A stretch of DNA of 20,000 nucleotides from an uncultured virus (IMG/VR IMGVR_UViG_3300009176_000004) (IMGVR_UViG_3300009176_000004); one strand, 5' to 3'; positions 1 to 7,526 are shown, counted from the stretch's first letter. The notes: generated by a model from the letters alone, not told the origin. Made by a program: numbers and translations.

Positions 1-46
1 GACGAGGTCCAGGACTGTGCCCTCGCCCCAAATCTTCGCCGCTCTC

Positions 47-265
47 TCACTTACCTCGCTTCGGGTCAGACTCACGACGTTGCTCCTTCTTCAATAGGTC
101 GTAGGCCTCGCGGATCGAAACCTTCGCCTGATTCAATCTTACCAGAACGACCGGATCAATGCTATGGACGGTCTGCCGCTCTAGGGCGTTCCTGATCTCG
201 ATGAGTGACGCCACCATGAGAGTGGCGTCATGAATCCACGGCCTGATGTCGATCGTTCCGGCCAT
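47..265 (-). CDS. hypothetical phage protein (72 aa)
   Basis: ORF in a chain of stop/start-overlapping minus-strand genes. Confidence 0.6.
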   Translation of the reverse strand: MAGTIDIRPWIHDATLMVASLIEIRNALERQTVHSIDPVVLVRLNQAKVSIREAYDLLKKEQRRESDPKRGK

Positions 266-468
266 TAGGTCTTCGCCCTTTCCTGTTCCCGGTCGAGTTT
301 GAACTGTGCACGGTGGAACTTGTCCAGGTCAGCCGCCATCGTCGCGACCTGAAAGCGCAGATGATCGACGTCTGGGTCGACGTAATTATCGAGCACCCGT
401 GCAAACTCGAGCATGAGCTGACTGTACACACGGAGACGTGCGCGGTCGAGATAGTCGAGCAGGATCAC
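265..468 (-). CDS. hypothetical phage protein (67 aa)
   Basis: GTG start overlaps the upstream stop; its TAA overlaps the next ATG. Confidence 0.6.
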   Translation of the reverse strand: MILLDYLDRARLRVYSQLMLEFARVLDNYVDPDVDHLRFQVATMAADLDKFHRAQFKLDREQERAKT

Positions 469-800
469 TTTTCACCCCGCATGTCTTCGACGGTGTCGAT
501 GCCGTGATCGGCGGCGAGCTGATGCCGCTCACGTCGCGTCAGCTCACGTGCAGGCTTTTCATCGACGTACTGTGAGCCCGGCTCGCGCGGATCGACGGGC
601 TCCTGCGCGCGCTGGAGTTCTTCGAGTCGGACACGCGCCGCTTCCAGATCGCGGATCAGCTGCGTGACCGTCGCGATCGTCTTGAGACGGTCCGAACCGG
701 GAAGGTGGACGGAGACGCCCTGCGAGCTGAGCCAGCAGTACGTGTCTCGGGCGACGACTCGCGGCTGTTCGTGAAGGTAGATATTGACGGTCGCGTTCAT
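465..800 (-). CDS. hypothetical phage protein (111 aa)
   Basis: ATGA overlap with 797..994; GGAG/GAGG RBS upstream. Confidence 0.7.
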   Translation of the reverse strand: MNATVNIYLHEQPRVVARDTYCWLSSQGVSVHLPGSDRLKTIATVTQLIRDLEAARVRLEELQRAQEPVDPREPGSQYVDEKPARELTRRERHQLAADHGIDTVEDMRGEK

Positions 801-994
801 ATGGCGTCCTCTCCTGACATCTTCGCCAGTTCAATGGCGGCCGTGATCACGTCATCCTCTTCGTGCTGGCCGCCACGCCTGTAGTGGATGAGATTCTGCA
901 GCATACGGTCTGCAGCGTTCGCGTAGTGGCGCACGGGCTCGATGCCGTTCGGCAGTCTTCGCGTGAGCTCTCGGTCGACGTAGTCCCAATTCAT
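797..994 (-). CDS. hypothetical phage protein (65 aa)
   Basis: ATGA overlaps at both ends; GGAG RBS. Confidence 0.65.
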   Translation of the reverse strand: MNWDYVDRELTRRLPNGIEPVRHYANAADRMLQNLIHYRRGGQHEEDDVITAAIELAKMSGEDAI

Positions 995-1143
995 GACGTC
1001 TTCTCCACGGCGTTCTCCAGCAGCATGCGGACGAGCGACGGGACTGTGACGTTCTGCTTCTGTGCGAGCCTGTTCAGGCGCTGCGCGAGCTCCATCGAGA
1101 TGGAGACCTGCAAGATTGCCTTCAGGCCGGTGACGTGCTTCAT
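991..1143 (-). CDS. ribbon-helix-helix (CopG/Arc-like) DNA-binding protein, 50 aa
   Basis: Start moved to ATG 1143 (ATGA overlap, GGAG RBS). LQVSISMELAQRLNRLAQKQNVTVPSLVRMLLE fits the RHH pattern. Confidence 0.65.
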   Translation of the reverse strand: MKHVTGLKAILQVSISMELAQRLNRLAQKQNVTVPSLVRMLLENAVEKTS

Positions 1144-1730
1144 CGCGGGATCTCCTTCAGCTCCGGGACGCCGAACGACATCCACGGCAGGTTGTAGTTG
1201 CCGGCGCAGATCGGGCCGTATCCGACTGACAGACTTCCTGCGTCGGTCAGAGGCAGGTTGCAGAAGCTGCAGTGGCCCATCAGGGCGCCGTAGGCCTTCG
1301 CATGTGCTGCCGGTTCTTCGGCAATCTTCGCGAGGAGCTCGATGACGTTCTGCGGAAGTCGGTACGCGACGCCCTCAGGTGTGATGCGCCCGATCCACTC
1401 GCCTGCGAGTTTGATCTGCAGGGCGCCAGGCTCGCGTGAGCCTGCCCCTGCGACGCTGATCCGGAGCTCGCTCTTGCCATCGGGTCCGAGAAAGCGCGCC
1501 TTCGGACGCTTGATGTGTACTGCCGCTCGGCCAAGAAACTCGATCAGCGGCGTCATACTGACGCCCGTCGCGGTTCGCTCCGTCTGCGGAGCTTGTGCCG
1601 CAGGCACAGACGCCGGGCACGCTAGATGCGTGGCGCCCTTCCCTGCGATCCACTCGATGATGTCGCCTACCAGGATGTCGCCGGCGCACTTGCGACAGCG
1701 GCCTGGAAAGCGCGCGTTCATTATGCCCAT
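1140..1730 (-). CDS. DUF6011-like zinc-binding phage protein (196 aa)
   Basis: N-terminal CRKC...HLAC; C-terminal CSFCNLPLTDAGSLSVGYGPICA resembles the DUF6011 motif; GGGAGAG RBS. Confidence 0.7.
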   Translation of the reverse strand: MGIMNARFPGRCRKCAGDILVGDIIEWIAGKGATHLACPASVPAAQAPQTERTATGVSMTPLIEFLGRAAVHIKRPKARFLGPDGKSELRISVAGAGSREPGALQIKLAGEWIGRITPEGVAYRLPQNVIELLAKIAEEPAAHAKAYGALMGHCSFCNLPLTDAGSLSVGYGPICAGNYNLPWMSFGVPELKEIPR

Positions 1731-1744
1731 GTCACTCTCCCTTT

Positions 1745-1794
1745 GATCTCCTACATGTATTCTATCACAGCTCTCGGGTTGAAACTACGGACGT
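1745..1794 (-). promoter_or_regulatory. repeated promoter/RBS cassette, leftward
   Basis: Minus strand reads ACGTCCG-TAGTTT-N17 (ending TGTGA)-TAGAAT-ACATGTAGGAGATC. Confidence 0.8.
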
Positions 1795-1979
1795 TGCCCC
1801 AGCCGCTTACGCCGGAGACGACGTTCTATCGTTGCCATCTTCGCTTCGCGGTCGGCGTCAATCTCGGACGCCGAAAGGTTGAGCGCCCGGAAGCGCTTGC
1901 GCGTGGCGTCTTTGGCGTGCTCGGGGACGCCGAGCACCTCGATCCAGCGCTCCATTGCGAGCTCCTGCTCTTCCGTCAT
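1785..1979 (-). CDS. hypothetical phage protein (64 aa)
   Basis: ATGA overlap, GGAGGG RBS; its TAG stop lies inside the downstream promoter cassette. Confidence 0.65.
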   Translation of the reverse strand: MTEEQELAMERWIEVLGVPEHAKDATRKRFRALNLSASEIDADREAKMATIERRLRRKRLGQRP

Positions 1980-2170
1980 ACGCCCTCCACCTTGCGCCCC
2001 GTCACGAGAGACGTCATTTCATCGTACTGGTCGAAGAGTTCCGGGAAGGCCTGCAATAGGCGTCGCGCGTTGTCAGCGTCAGCGTGGCGCATGAGCACGA
2101 CTAGCTGCTTGACGAAGCCGCCCCCGTAGACGTCCATCGTGTTCAGGACCTGATGCACTTCGTTCTTCAT
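1976..2170 (-). CDS. conserved hypothetical phage protein (64 aa)
   Basis: YGGGFVKQL...ADADNARRLLQAFPELF resembles a recurrent small phage protein pattern; ATGA overlaps. Confidence 0.7.
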   Translation of the reverse strand: MKNEVHQVLNTMDVYGGGFVKQLVVLMRHADADNARRLLQAFPELFDQYDEMTSLVTGRKVEGV

Positions 2171-2316
2171 GACTTCTTCTCCGCGAGCGCGGCTTTCGCG
2201 TAGCGCTCGATCATGGCGAGCCGAGTCTCACGGCCGTCGGGATGACCTGCGTACGCAATCTCCAGGATTGCACGTAGCGCCTGACGGAGCTCCTCTTCAA
2301 TCTTCGCGTGATCCAT
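2167..2316 (-). CDS. hypothetical phage protein (49 aa, MDHAKIEEELRQ...)
   Basis: Internal ATG of ORF 2167..2388; fills the gap in the operon; ATGA overlap at the 3' end. Confidence 0.5.
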   Translation of the reverse strand: MDHAKIEEELRQALRAILEIAYAGHPDGRETRLAMIERYAKAALAEKKS

Positions 2317-2482
2317 TGTTCTCTGGCGCCCCTTCTGACGGCAGCAGCTCGAAGGCCCCGCAGTCCATGCATTGTCTGACGCGCTCACCGTTCCCGATGT
2401 CGATGATGACGACGAGCGCCGCTGGTTCCCCGTCAGGCTTCTCCGGGTAGTGCGGAGAGCAGGTCGGGTAGTGCTTCAGCAC
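2297..2482 (-). CDS. small Cys/His-containing hypothetical protein (61 aa)
   Basis: GTG start overlapping the upstream gene; HxxxC and CMDC motifs. Confidence 0.5.
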   Translation of the reverse strand: MLKHYPTCSPHYPEKPDGEPAALVVIIDIGNGERVRQCMDCGAFELLPSEGAPENNGSRED

Positions 2483-2724
2483 GACGCCCCTGACTGACGC
2501 ATCCGCTCATTCTCCCGGTCGCAATAGCGGATGGCGTCGATGCCACGTGTGAACGCGGCGAAGTAGTAATGACGTTCGGGGTTCCTATCCGTGCCCAAGA
2601 GTGTGATGTCCCGGACGTGATCGTAGCGATACGCCCCCTCATGGAAGTAGACCATGTAGTGGACGGACCGTGCCATCGTGGGCTGCTTGTCGTGCAGCTC
2701 CAGGCCGAAGTCTTCGAGCGACAT
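2476..2724 (-). CDS. hypothetical phage protein (82 aa, MSLEDFGLEL...)
   Basis: Start moved to ATG 2724 (TGATG overlap, GAGGAG RBS). Confidence 0.65.
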   Translation of the reverse strand: MSLEDFGLELHDKQPTMARSVHYMVYFHEGAYRYDHVRDITLLGTDRNPERHYYFAAFTRGIDAIRYCDRENERMRQSGASC

Positions 2725-2930
2725 CAGAGCTCCTCGATCGTGACGCGGATCTGCTTCGCACCCCGACCGACAGGCAGCGGGATGTAGAAGGACGGCTTGA
2801 ACGACGGGTCGATGCCCGTGAGCCTCGCTCCGCCGATCTCGGCTGACTCGACGGCTTCGAAGTCGAAGCGTGTCGAGTGCTTCGGGGTCTTCCCCTCGTG
2901 TGGCTTCATCGTGAATGTGATCTTCATCAT
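2724..2930 (-). CDS. hypothetical phage protein (68 aa)
   Basis: First gene after the 2934-2983 cassette; AGGAGA RBS. Confidence 0.75.
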   Translation of the reverse strand: MMKITFTMKPHEGKTPKHSTRFDFEAVESAEIGGARLTGIDPSFKPSFYIPLPVGRGAKQIRVTIEEL

Positions 2931-2933
2931 ATG

Positions 2934-2983
2934 GATCTCCTACCTGTATTCTATCACTCTTCGCCTTGTGGAACAACGGACGC
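2934..2983 (-). promoter_or_regulatory. repeated promoter/RBS cassette, leftward
   Basis: GCGTCCG-TTGTTC-N17-TAGAAT-ACAGGTAGGAGATC. Confidence 0.8.
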
Positions 2984-3187
2984 CTCGACCGGCGGCAGCC
3001 TGTTCTGTACGTAGAGGATGAAGTCTTCGAGCATCCGCAGAGCGCCGGTGACGTCTCGGGACGTGAAGCCATCCCAGCTGCCGTGATTGCTCTCGGAGAC
3101 GTACTCCGCGAGGACGGCGAGTTCCTCGACGCTCATCTTCGCCAGCGTCGCCTGGACTTTGAGTAGGCGCTCGTCGCGTTGATTCAT
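2954..3187 (-). CDS. hypothetical phage protein (77 aa)
   Basis: AGGAG RBS, ATGA overlap; the 3' end runs into the next promoter. Confidence 0.65.
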   Translation of the reverse strand: MNQRDERLLKVQATLAKMSVEELAVLAEYVSESNHGSWDGFTSRDVTGALRMLEDFILYVQNRLPPVEASVVPQGEE

Positions 3188-3360
3188 GACTTGCTCCTGA
3201 GCTCACGCTGACGGTCGCGATCACGGACGAGGATCAGCTGCCGCCAGAACGTGTTCCACGCGACGTCGGGATCAAGCCCCCGCTCGACCGCTTCACGGCG
3301 GTATGCCTCTTCGACCTGCCCGACGGTAACGACGATGCTCTTCCTGTTCACATCTCTCAT
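3184..3360 (-). CDS. hypothetical protein (58 aa, MRDVNRKSIVVTVGQVEEAYRREAVERGLDPDVAWNTFW...), not in the ORF track
   Basis: Hand-translated; AGGAG RBS; ATGA overlaps at both ends. Confidence 0.65.
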   Translation of the reverse strand: MRDVNRKSIVVTVGQVEEAYRREAVERGLDPDVAWNTFWRQLILVRDRDRQRELRSKS

Positions 3361-3629
3361 GACGCACTCCTATCGCCTGCGCCCCACTCTCCGGGAAACT
3401 CACGGCGCAGTCGCTTCCACATCTTGGCGATCGCCAGTGTGACGACGGGATCGACAGTGTCGACCAGCGACATCTTCAGGCCGAAGCGATCCTCTGCCCA
3501 CGTCACCATCTCGGAACGTCCGACCCTGTAGTCCGGCGACGCGTAGTTGGGGTCGGTCGTGGGCGTGCGAGAGCGCCAGCGACGCTCCATCTCCGCGACG
3601 AACTCTTCGACCTGCAGCTTGCTCATCAT
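3357..3629 (-). CDS. hypothetical phage protein (~90 aa)
   Basis: ATGA overlap with 3626..4000; alternative start at 3641. Confidence 0.6.
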   Translation of the reverse strand: MMSKLQVEEFVAEMERRWRSRTPTTDPNYASPDYRVGRSEMVTWAEDRFGLKMSLVDTVDPVVTLAIAKMWKRLRREFPGEWGAGDRSAS

Positions 3630-4000
3630 GACTGGATCCACGACGGGTCGATGACCGTCTCGTACATGGACGGGATCGTGGGCGCGTTGACCTTCCGCAG
3701 GCCGACAGGCGCCACGCAGTAGAGGTCTTCGCCGACCGCGATGATGTCTCCGACGGACGTGCTGCGGAGCGTCTCCCGACGCACTCCGGGCGGAACACGG
3801 ACCTCATCATTCTCATACCACGGCGCAAAGATGTGGTTCGTCAGCTGGAACACTGCCCCGATCTCCGTGCACCGCACATCCGCGACGTGCTGGAAGTCTT
3901 CCGGCCAGCTCGTCGGACGGAAACCGAACTCCCCCCGAATGCCTACTCTGCGACCGCGCTCGTCAGTCTTCGCGCGGGCATGCCACACACTGTACAACAT
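3626..4000 (-). CDS. YodL-like / 'RSxSVGD' family phage protein (124 aa)
   Basis: VFQLTN...LRSTSVGDIIAV..LYCVAPVGL motif; directly after a promoter cassette RBS. Confidence 0.6.
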   Translation of the reverse strand: MLYSVWHARAKTDERGRRVGIRGEFGFRPTSWPEDFQHVADVRCTEIGAVFQLTNHIFAPWYENDEVRVPPGVRRETLRSTSVGDIIAVGEDLYCVAPVGLRKVNAPTIPSMYETVIDPSWIQS

Positions 4001-4003
4001 AGC

Positions 4004-4053
4004 TCTCTCCTACCTGTATTGTCACATCTTCCCGAGATCGTTACTACGGACGT
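4004..4053 (-). promoter_or_regulatory. repeated promoter/RBS cassette, leftward
   Basis: ACGTCCG-TAGTAA-N17-GACAAT-ACAGGTAGGAGAG. Confidence 0.75.
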
Positions 4054-4072
4054 GGGCTTCGCCCTGACGCCC

Positions 4073-4612
4073 CTACCTCCACTCACATGCCCTGCAGCTG
4101 TAGCTGCCCGGGAAGCGGGTGGACTTCCGCGTGGTCTGCTGCCCGCAACGGAAGCACTTGCCGCGGGGCGTGTGGCGCTTATGAATCGGTGGGCCTGCAG
4201 CGACGGCCTCTGCAGGCATCGCACCCGCGTTGAAGAGCGTCACGAGCTCATCGAGGATCCGGACGAACTCGTGATTGTGCTTCGCGCCGGCCTCCGCGAC
4301 GAGGTGCGCGTACTCGTGGAGCACGATCCCGACGCGGAGCCGGCGGCCTCCGCCCTTCGGAAGCGACATATGATGTCGGTAGTGACCGCGTCGCATCTTC
4401 GTCCCTGCACGCCCCCTGTTCCCCATGAAGTACAGGCGCATCGGCAGCTTGACGTCGTTCAGCAGTCTGCGCGGCCGCAGCCCCTCTGCCCACCCGAGAA
4501 TCTTGATCGCCTCTTCCTCGCTGCACGGCGTCTCGTGCAGTGCGATCAGTGCCGCGGCATCGCTAGACTTCGCCAGCACGTGATCGTACTCGCCCCAGTG
4601 TCTCAAGCCCAT
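4073..4612 (-). CDS. SprT-like HExxH zinc metalloprotease with C-terminal C4 zinc ribbon (179 aa)
   Basis: IVLHEYAHL...KHNHEFVRIL (HExxH plus a third His); CFRC...CRAC at the C-terminus. Confidence 0.65.
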   Translation of the reverse strand: MGLRHWGEYDHVLAKSSDAAALIALHETPCSEEEAIKILGWAEGLRPRRLLNDVKLPMRLYFMGNRGRAGTKMRRGHYRHHMSLPKGGGRRLRVGIVLHEYAHLVAEAGAKHNHEFVRILDELVTLFNAGAMPAEAVAAGPPIHKRHTPRGKCFRCGQQTTRKSTRFPGSYSCRACEWR

Positions 4613-4614
4613 GT

Positions 4615-4664
4615 GATCTCCTACCTGTATTATAGCACATCGCGATGGGGGAAACTACGGACGT
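4615..4664 (-). promoter_or_regulatory. repeated promoter/RBS cassette, leftward
   Basis: ACGTCCG-TAGTTT-N17 (ending TGTGC)-TATAAT-ACAGGTAGGAGATC. Confidence 0.85.
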
Positions 4665-4683
4665 CTCCCCCTGCGATCTTCGC

Positions 4684-4860
4684 TCACCGCTTTCCCGTCT
4701 TGGCCAGGCGGACCTCCGCGACAGCCAGCGTCAGATCCCGGTAGACGTGGAAGAACGTAACCACCATCGGCCTGCAGCCGTCACACAGGACGGCCTGAGC
4801 CACGCCACTCGTCATCGTGGCAACGCCTCTCGACGTGCCACATACGTCACACTGCTCCAT
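4684..4860 (-). CDS. small C4 zinc-finger protein (58 aa, MEQCDVCG...LCDGCR...), not in the ORF track
   Basis: Hand-translated; AAGGAG RBS; two CxxC motifs. Confidence 0.6.
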   Translation of the reverse strand: MEQCDVCGTSRGVATMTSGVAQAVLCDGCRPMVVTFFHVYRDLTLAVAEVRLAKTGKR

Positions 4861-4863
4861 CAC

Positions 4864-4986
4864 TCACTCCTTGACGGCCTTCTTGCCGGCCTTCCGATCC
4901 TTCTTCGCGAAGCGACGCTTGCCGTACGGCCTGAGGTGCTTCGCCCACTCGCCTGTCGTCACGGTCGTCTTCTTCGCCACGCTCAT
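4864..4986 (-). CDS. small basic protein (40 aa, MSVAKKTTVTTGEWAKHLRPYGKRRFAKKDRKAGKKAVKE)
   Basis: ATGA overlap with the topoisomerase stop; GAGGGAG RBS. Confidence 0.6.
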   Translation of the reverse strand: MSVAKKTTVTTGEWAKHLRPYGKRRFAKKDRKAGKKAVKE

Positions 4987-5747
4987 TCTCCCTCTTCGAT
5001 CGCATCCCACTTCGCGGGATCGATGTAGCTCTTCAGGCACTGCGACGGCTTGTTGCCTAGCACCGTTGCGACGCGCTCGCTCACGAGCTTCTTGAAGGCC
5101 TTCACTGCCTTCTTCGTCTCGGGCTTTCCCGCCGCCTCGAGCAGCTGCGCGATGACCTGATCTGCGATCAGGTTCGCACGCCATGTGCGCAGGTCGTGCG
5201 CCTTCGCGGCGCCGATACTCTTCATGTATCGGAGCGTGTGCCCCGCGTTGTGCGGGAACAGGCGCTCCTGGCCTGCACGGCTGCGCGCGTACGTGGCGAA
5301 GACCTCGTCTGTGATCTTCACATCCTGCGCGACGCTGTGCTTGCCGGGGAATCGCAGGTGGACCTCGTCTCCGCCGTTGACGCAGACGTGCTCCATCTTG
5401 AGGTTCGATGCCCCGAACGTCTCCGCATCGCCCTGCGCATCGTTCCCGACGCGAAGGCCCGTGAAGAGGATCAGGCGGGCCGTCATCGCGACGCAATCGC
5501 CGCTCCGACTGTCCTTGTCGATCCGCTCCGCGATGCGATCGGCCTTCTTCGACAGCTTGCGCACGCGGACCCACTTGGCCCGGGCGTTGCGCTCGGTGAA
5601 GGCCGCGCTGTACTTGTAGTACGTCTTGCCCTTCCCGGTCGTGGCTGTCGCGAGGAGATCCGCCTTCGGATCGACTGCGACGCGCACGTTCGTGTATGCT
5701 GGCGGGATGCCGAGCGCCTTCGCCTCTGCAGGCGTTGCATCTCTCAT
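4983..5747 (-). CDS. DNA topoisomerase IB, bacterial/poxvirus type (254 aa)
   Basis: Motifs IPPAY, YYKY, TGLRVGN, FGASNL, FPGKH, HDLRTW, LGNKP, KSYIDP give the catalytic R-K-R-N-Y set. Start moved from 6038 to ATG 5747; a leaderless ATG at 5768 is an alternative. Confidence 0.9.
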   Translation of the reverse strand: MRDATPAEAKALGIPPAYTNVRVAVDPKADLLATATTGKGKTYYKYSAAFTERNARAKWVRVRKLSKKADRIAERIDKDSRSGDCVAMTARLILFTGLRVGNDAQGDAETFGASNLKMEHVCVNGGDEVHLRFPGKHSVAQDVKITDEVFATYARSRAGQERLFPHNAGHTLRYMKSIGAAKAHDLRTWRANLIADQVIAQLLEAAGKPETKKAVKAFKKLVSERVATVLGNKPSQCLKSYIDPAKWDAIEEGE

Positions 5748-5774
5748 CTCGCCTCGCTCTCTGCACATGAGACT

Positions 5775-5809
5775 ATTATCCCTTCTTTCGCGATCTCGTT
5801 CAACGGGCC
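5775..5809 (-). promoter_or_regulatory. sigma70-type promoter for topoisomerase IB
   Basis: GGCCCG-TTGAAC-N17-GATAAT. Confidence 0.7.
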
Positions 5810-5812
5810 GTC

Positions 5813-5830
5813 GAGGGGGCGGACCCCCTC
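5813..5830 (-). terminator. GC-rich hairpin after 5846..6061 (possible terminator or processing site)
   Basis: GAGGGGG-TCCG-CCCCCTC, perfect 7-bp stem; no U tract. Confidence 0.45.
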
Positions 5831-5845
5831 TCAGGCGCGCTCCGG

Positions 5846-6061
5846 TCAGTCGTTGTAGACTGCCAGGATGCTGCCAGGCGCGTCGGCCTGGTAGAGCACG
5901 CGGACGATCTCGCCCTCGCGCCGCTCGGCCTTCATGGCCGTGTACTTCACACCGTCGACGACGAACCACCGGGGCCACCGACCGACCGGAAGGCCGAGCT
6001 CGCTCGCCTCCGCCCACGCGCGCCCGCAGTAGTGCCACTTGATCGCGTTCACATTCAACAT
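5846..6061 (-). CDS. first gene of the left arm, hypothetical (71 aa, MLNVNAIKWHYCG...)
   Basis: Start moved to ATG 6061; strong AGGAGG RBS. Confidence 0.7.
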   Translation of the reverse strand: MLNVNAIKWHYCGRAWAEASELGLPVGRWPRWFVVDGVKYTAMKAERREGEIVRVLYQADAPGSILAVYND

Positions 6062-6065
6062 CGCA

Positions 6066-6103
6066 CTTCCTCCTACCCCTCCATTATCCCCGATGCCGGG
6101 CAA
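6066..6103 (-). promoter_or_regulatory. leftward promoter/RBS
   Basis: GATAAT-GGAGGGGTAGGAGGAAG, same -10/RBS layout as the other cassettes; -35 unclear. Confidence 0.55.
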
Positions 6104-6581
6104 GGCCACCCGCAGAAAGAACGTGTCACCTGCATTCGCGAAACGCGTCGCGCGTACGTACCACAGGTCGCGGCCGGACGGCCAGCGAAATCCGCTGGCA
6201 CGTCGTCCGTATGCAAGTGACACGGACGTCGTGTCGATTGGCCTACCCTACCTGGCGGCCGTCCGGCAACAGGTAATTTGCGTATGACGTGCATTCGCTT
6301 TGCGTGACGCACGGACCCGGCGTCCCTCGCGGACTTGCGGTACGCGGACGCACGTTGCGCTTTTCCCGTGCCCTGGACGATAATAGTCCTGGACTGGGTC
6401 GAAATGGCCGTTGGGCCGAACAGCCCGGGTCGTTTTGGCCGTGGGCGAAATCGCCCAGGCACAAGGATGTGCGAAATCGCGCAAATCATTCAATGGAAAT
6501 GCGCGGCTTGCGACAATGCGATTTAACGCGAGATCGCGCGCGCCTGCATAGTAACCCGCGCAGGCGAAACTGCGCTGTTTA

Positions 6582-6607
6582 TAGCGCGTTCTAGCGCGTT
6601 CTAGCGC
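6582..6607. repeat. 10-bp tandem repeat (TAGCGCGTTC) x2.6
   Basis: TAGCGCGTTC TAGCGCGTTC TAGCGC. Confidence 0.8.
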
Positions 6608-6737
6608 TATGTTGGGCCTTTCCTGCTCCAGCGGCGCAATGGCAACGGGAATCTGCCGGGGGAATTATTTCCCGGCACAGAAACGGCACAAGTCCAGGCC
6701 GCGGCCTACCACAGCTCGCGCCTGCAAGGCACGGGAC

Positions 6738-6883
6738 GGGGGGGAGGGGGAGGGGGGATATAAGAGGTCGCGGGGGGCAAAGCACTTTGCCAAACAAAGT
6801 GCAGCCGGGGGGGGGGGGGGGGGGGGGCGCCGGGGGGGGGGGTGGGTGATAGAGAAGGGGGGGGGTGTGGGGGGGGGGGGGGG
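6738..6883 (+). repeat. poly-G tract cluster
   Basis: G7/G5/G6 (6738-6757), G6 (6772-6777), G21 (6807-6827), G11 (6832-6842), G9 (6857-6865), G15 (6869-6883). Confidence 0.85.
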
Positions 6884-6978
6884 TGCCATCGGTAGCGGGC
6901 TGTGTGAATATAGATAGGTAAGTGGTTGCGCGCGTGAGGCGCGCGCCGGGAGCGCCGAAGAAAAAGGCGCACCGGGGG

Positions 6979-7007
6979 GTGCCACGAACGCGCAGGTGTG
7001 ATAGAAT
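6979..7007 (+). promoter_or_regulatory. first rightward promoter
   Basis: GTGCCA-N17 (ending TGTGA)-TAGAAT; A tract upstream. Confidence 0.7.
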
Positions 7008-7065
7008 AAAGAGGTCGGAAGGAACGCGCGCGGGTAGGCCGCGAGCGCCGACAGGAGAAAAGACA

Positions 7066-7437
7066 ATGACTACGAACAACGCAAACGCCATCGTCGCGAT
7101 CGCTCAGGAGCTTCAGGTTCGTCGGGAAGAGTGGAAGGCCAAGCTCGAGCAGCTGCCGATGCCGGGCGTGAAGGTGAAGTTCCCTTACGGCTCGATGGAA
7201 GCGGCGATCGCCGACAAGTTCGCCCTGCTGGCGAACGGCGAAGAGGCCGATCCGATGGCGATCGCGTTCGCGATCCTCGTGAAGGGCTACAAGACGGTCG
7301 CGTGGAGAAAAGCGGCGGACAAGAACCGCGAGACGCGCGATGACATCGCCGACGGAAACGTGCCGGTCGTGAAGGCCAAGCGCGTCCGCAAGCCGAAGGC
7401 GGTCGCGGAGCAGGCGGCGACCGAAGCGGCTTCGTAG
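7066..7437 (+). CDS. first gene of the right arm, hypothetical with a basic Ala/Lys-rich tail (123 aa)
   Basis: Start moved to ATG 7066 with AGGAG RBS; strongly G/C-ending codons; has its own terminator. Confidence 0.85.
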   Translation: MTTNNANAIVAIAQELQVRREEWKAKLEQLPMPGVKVKFPYGSMEAAIADKFALLANGEEADPMAIAFAILVKGYKTVAWRKAADKNRETRDDIADGNVPVVKAKRVRKPKAVAEQAATEAAS

Positions 7438-7451
7438 CCGCGCGAAGATCG

Positions 7452-7480
7452 GGGCCGGGCGAAAGCCCGGCCCTCTTCTT
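7452..7480 (+). terminator. intrinsic terminator
   Basis: GGGCCGGGC-GAAA-GCCCGGCCC followed by TCTTCTT. Confidence 0.8.
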
Positions 7481-7526
7481 GGCGCCGCGAGGCGATCACG
7501 GCCGCAGAGCGGCCAGGAGGACGAGG

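Noticed and set aside
1745..4664. Repeats as a CRISPR array or integron attC sites
   Set aside because: Spacing is 0.6-1.2 kb with whole genes in between; the repeats are non-palindromic promoter/RBS sequences.
4864..5766. 300-aa Arg-rich ORF overlapping the topoisomerase
   Set aside because: Alternative-frame artefact; only the last 40 codons (from ATG 4986) have an RBS and were kept.
5748..6038. N-terminal extension of the topoisomerase ORF to 351 aa
   Set aside because: It overlaps a promoter, a hairpin and gene 5846..6061; recognisable motifs begin after ATG 5747.
6591..7091. Pro-rich and Gly-rich ORFs across the G tracts
   Set aside because: Translations of homopolymer runs; no RBS.
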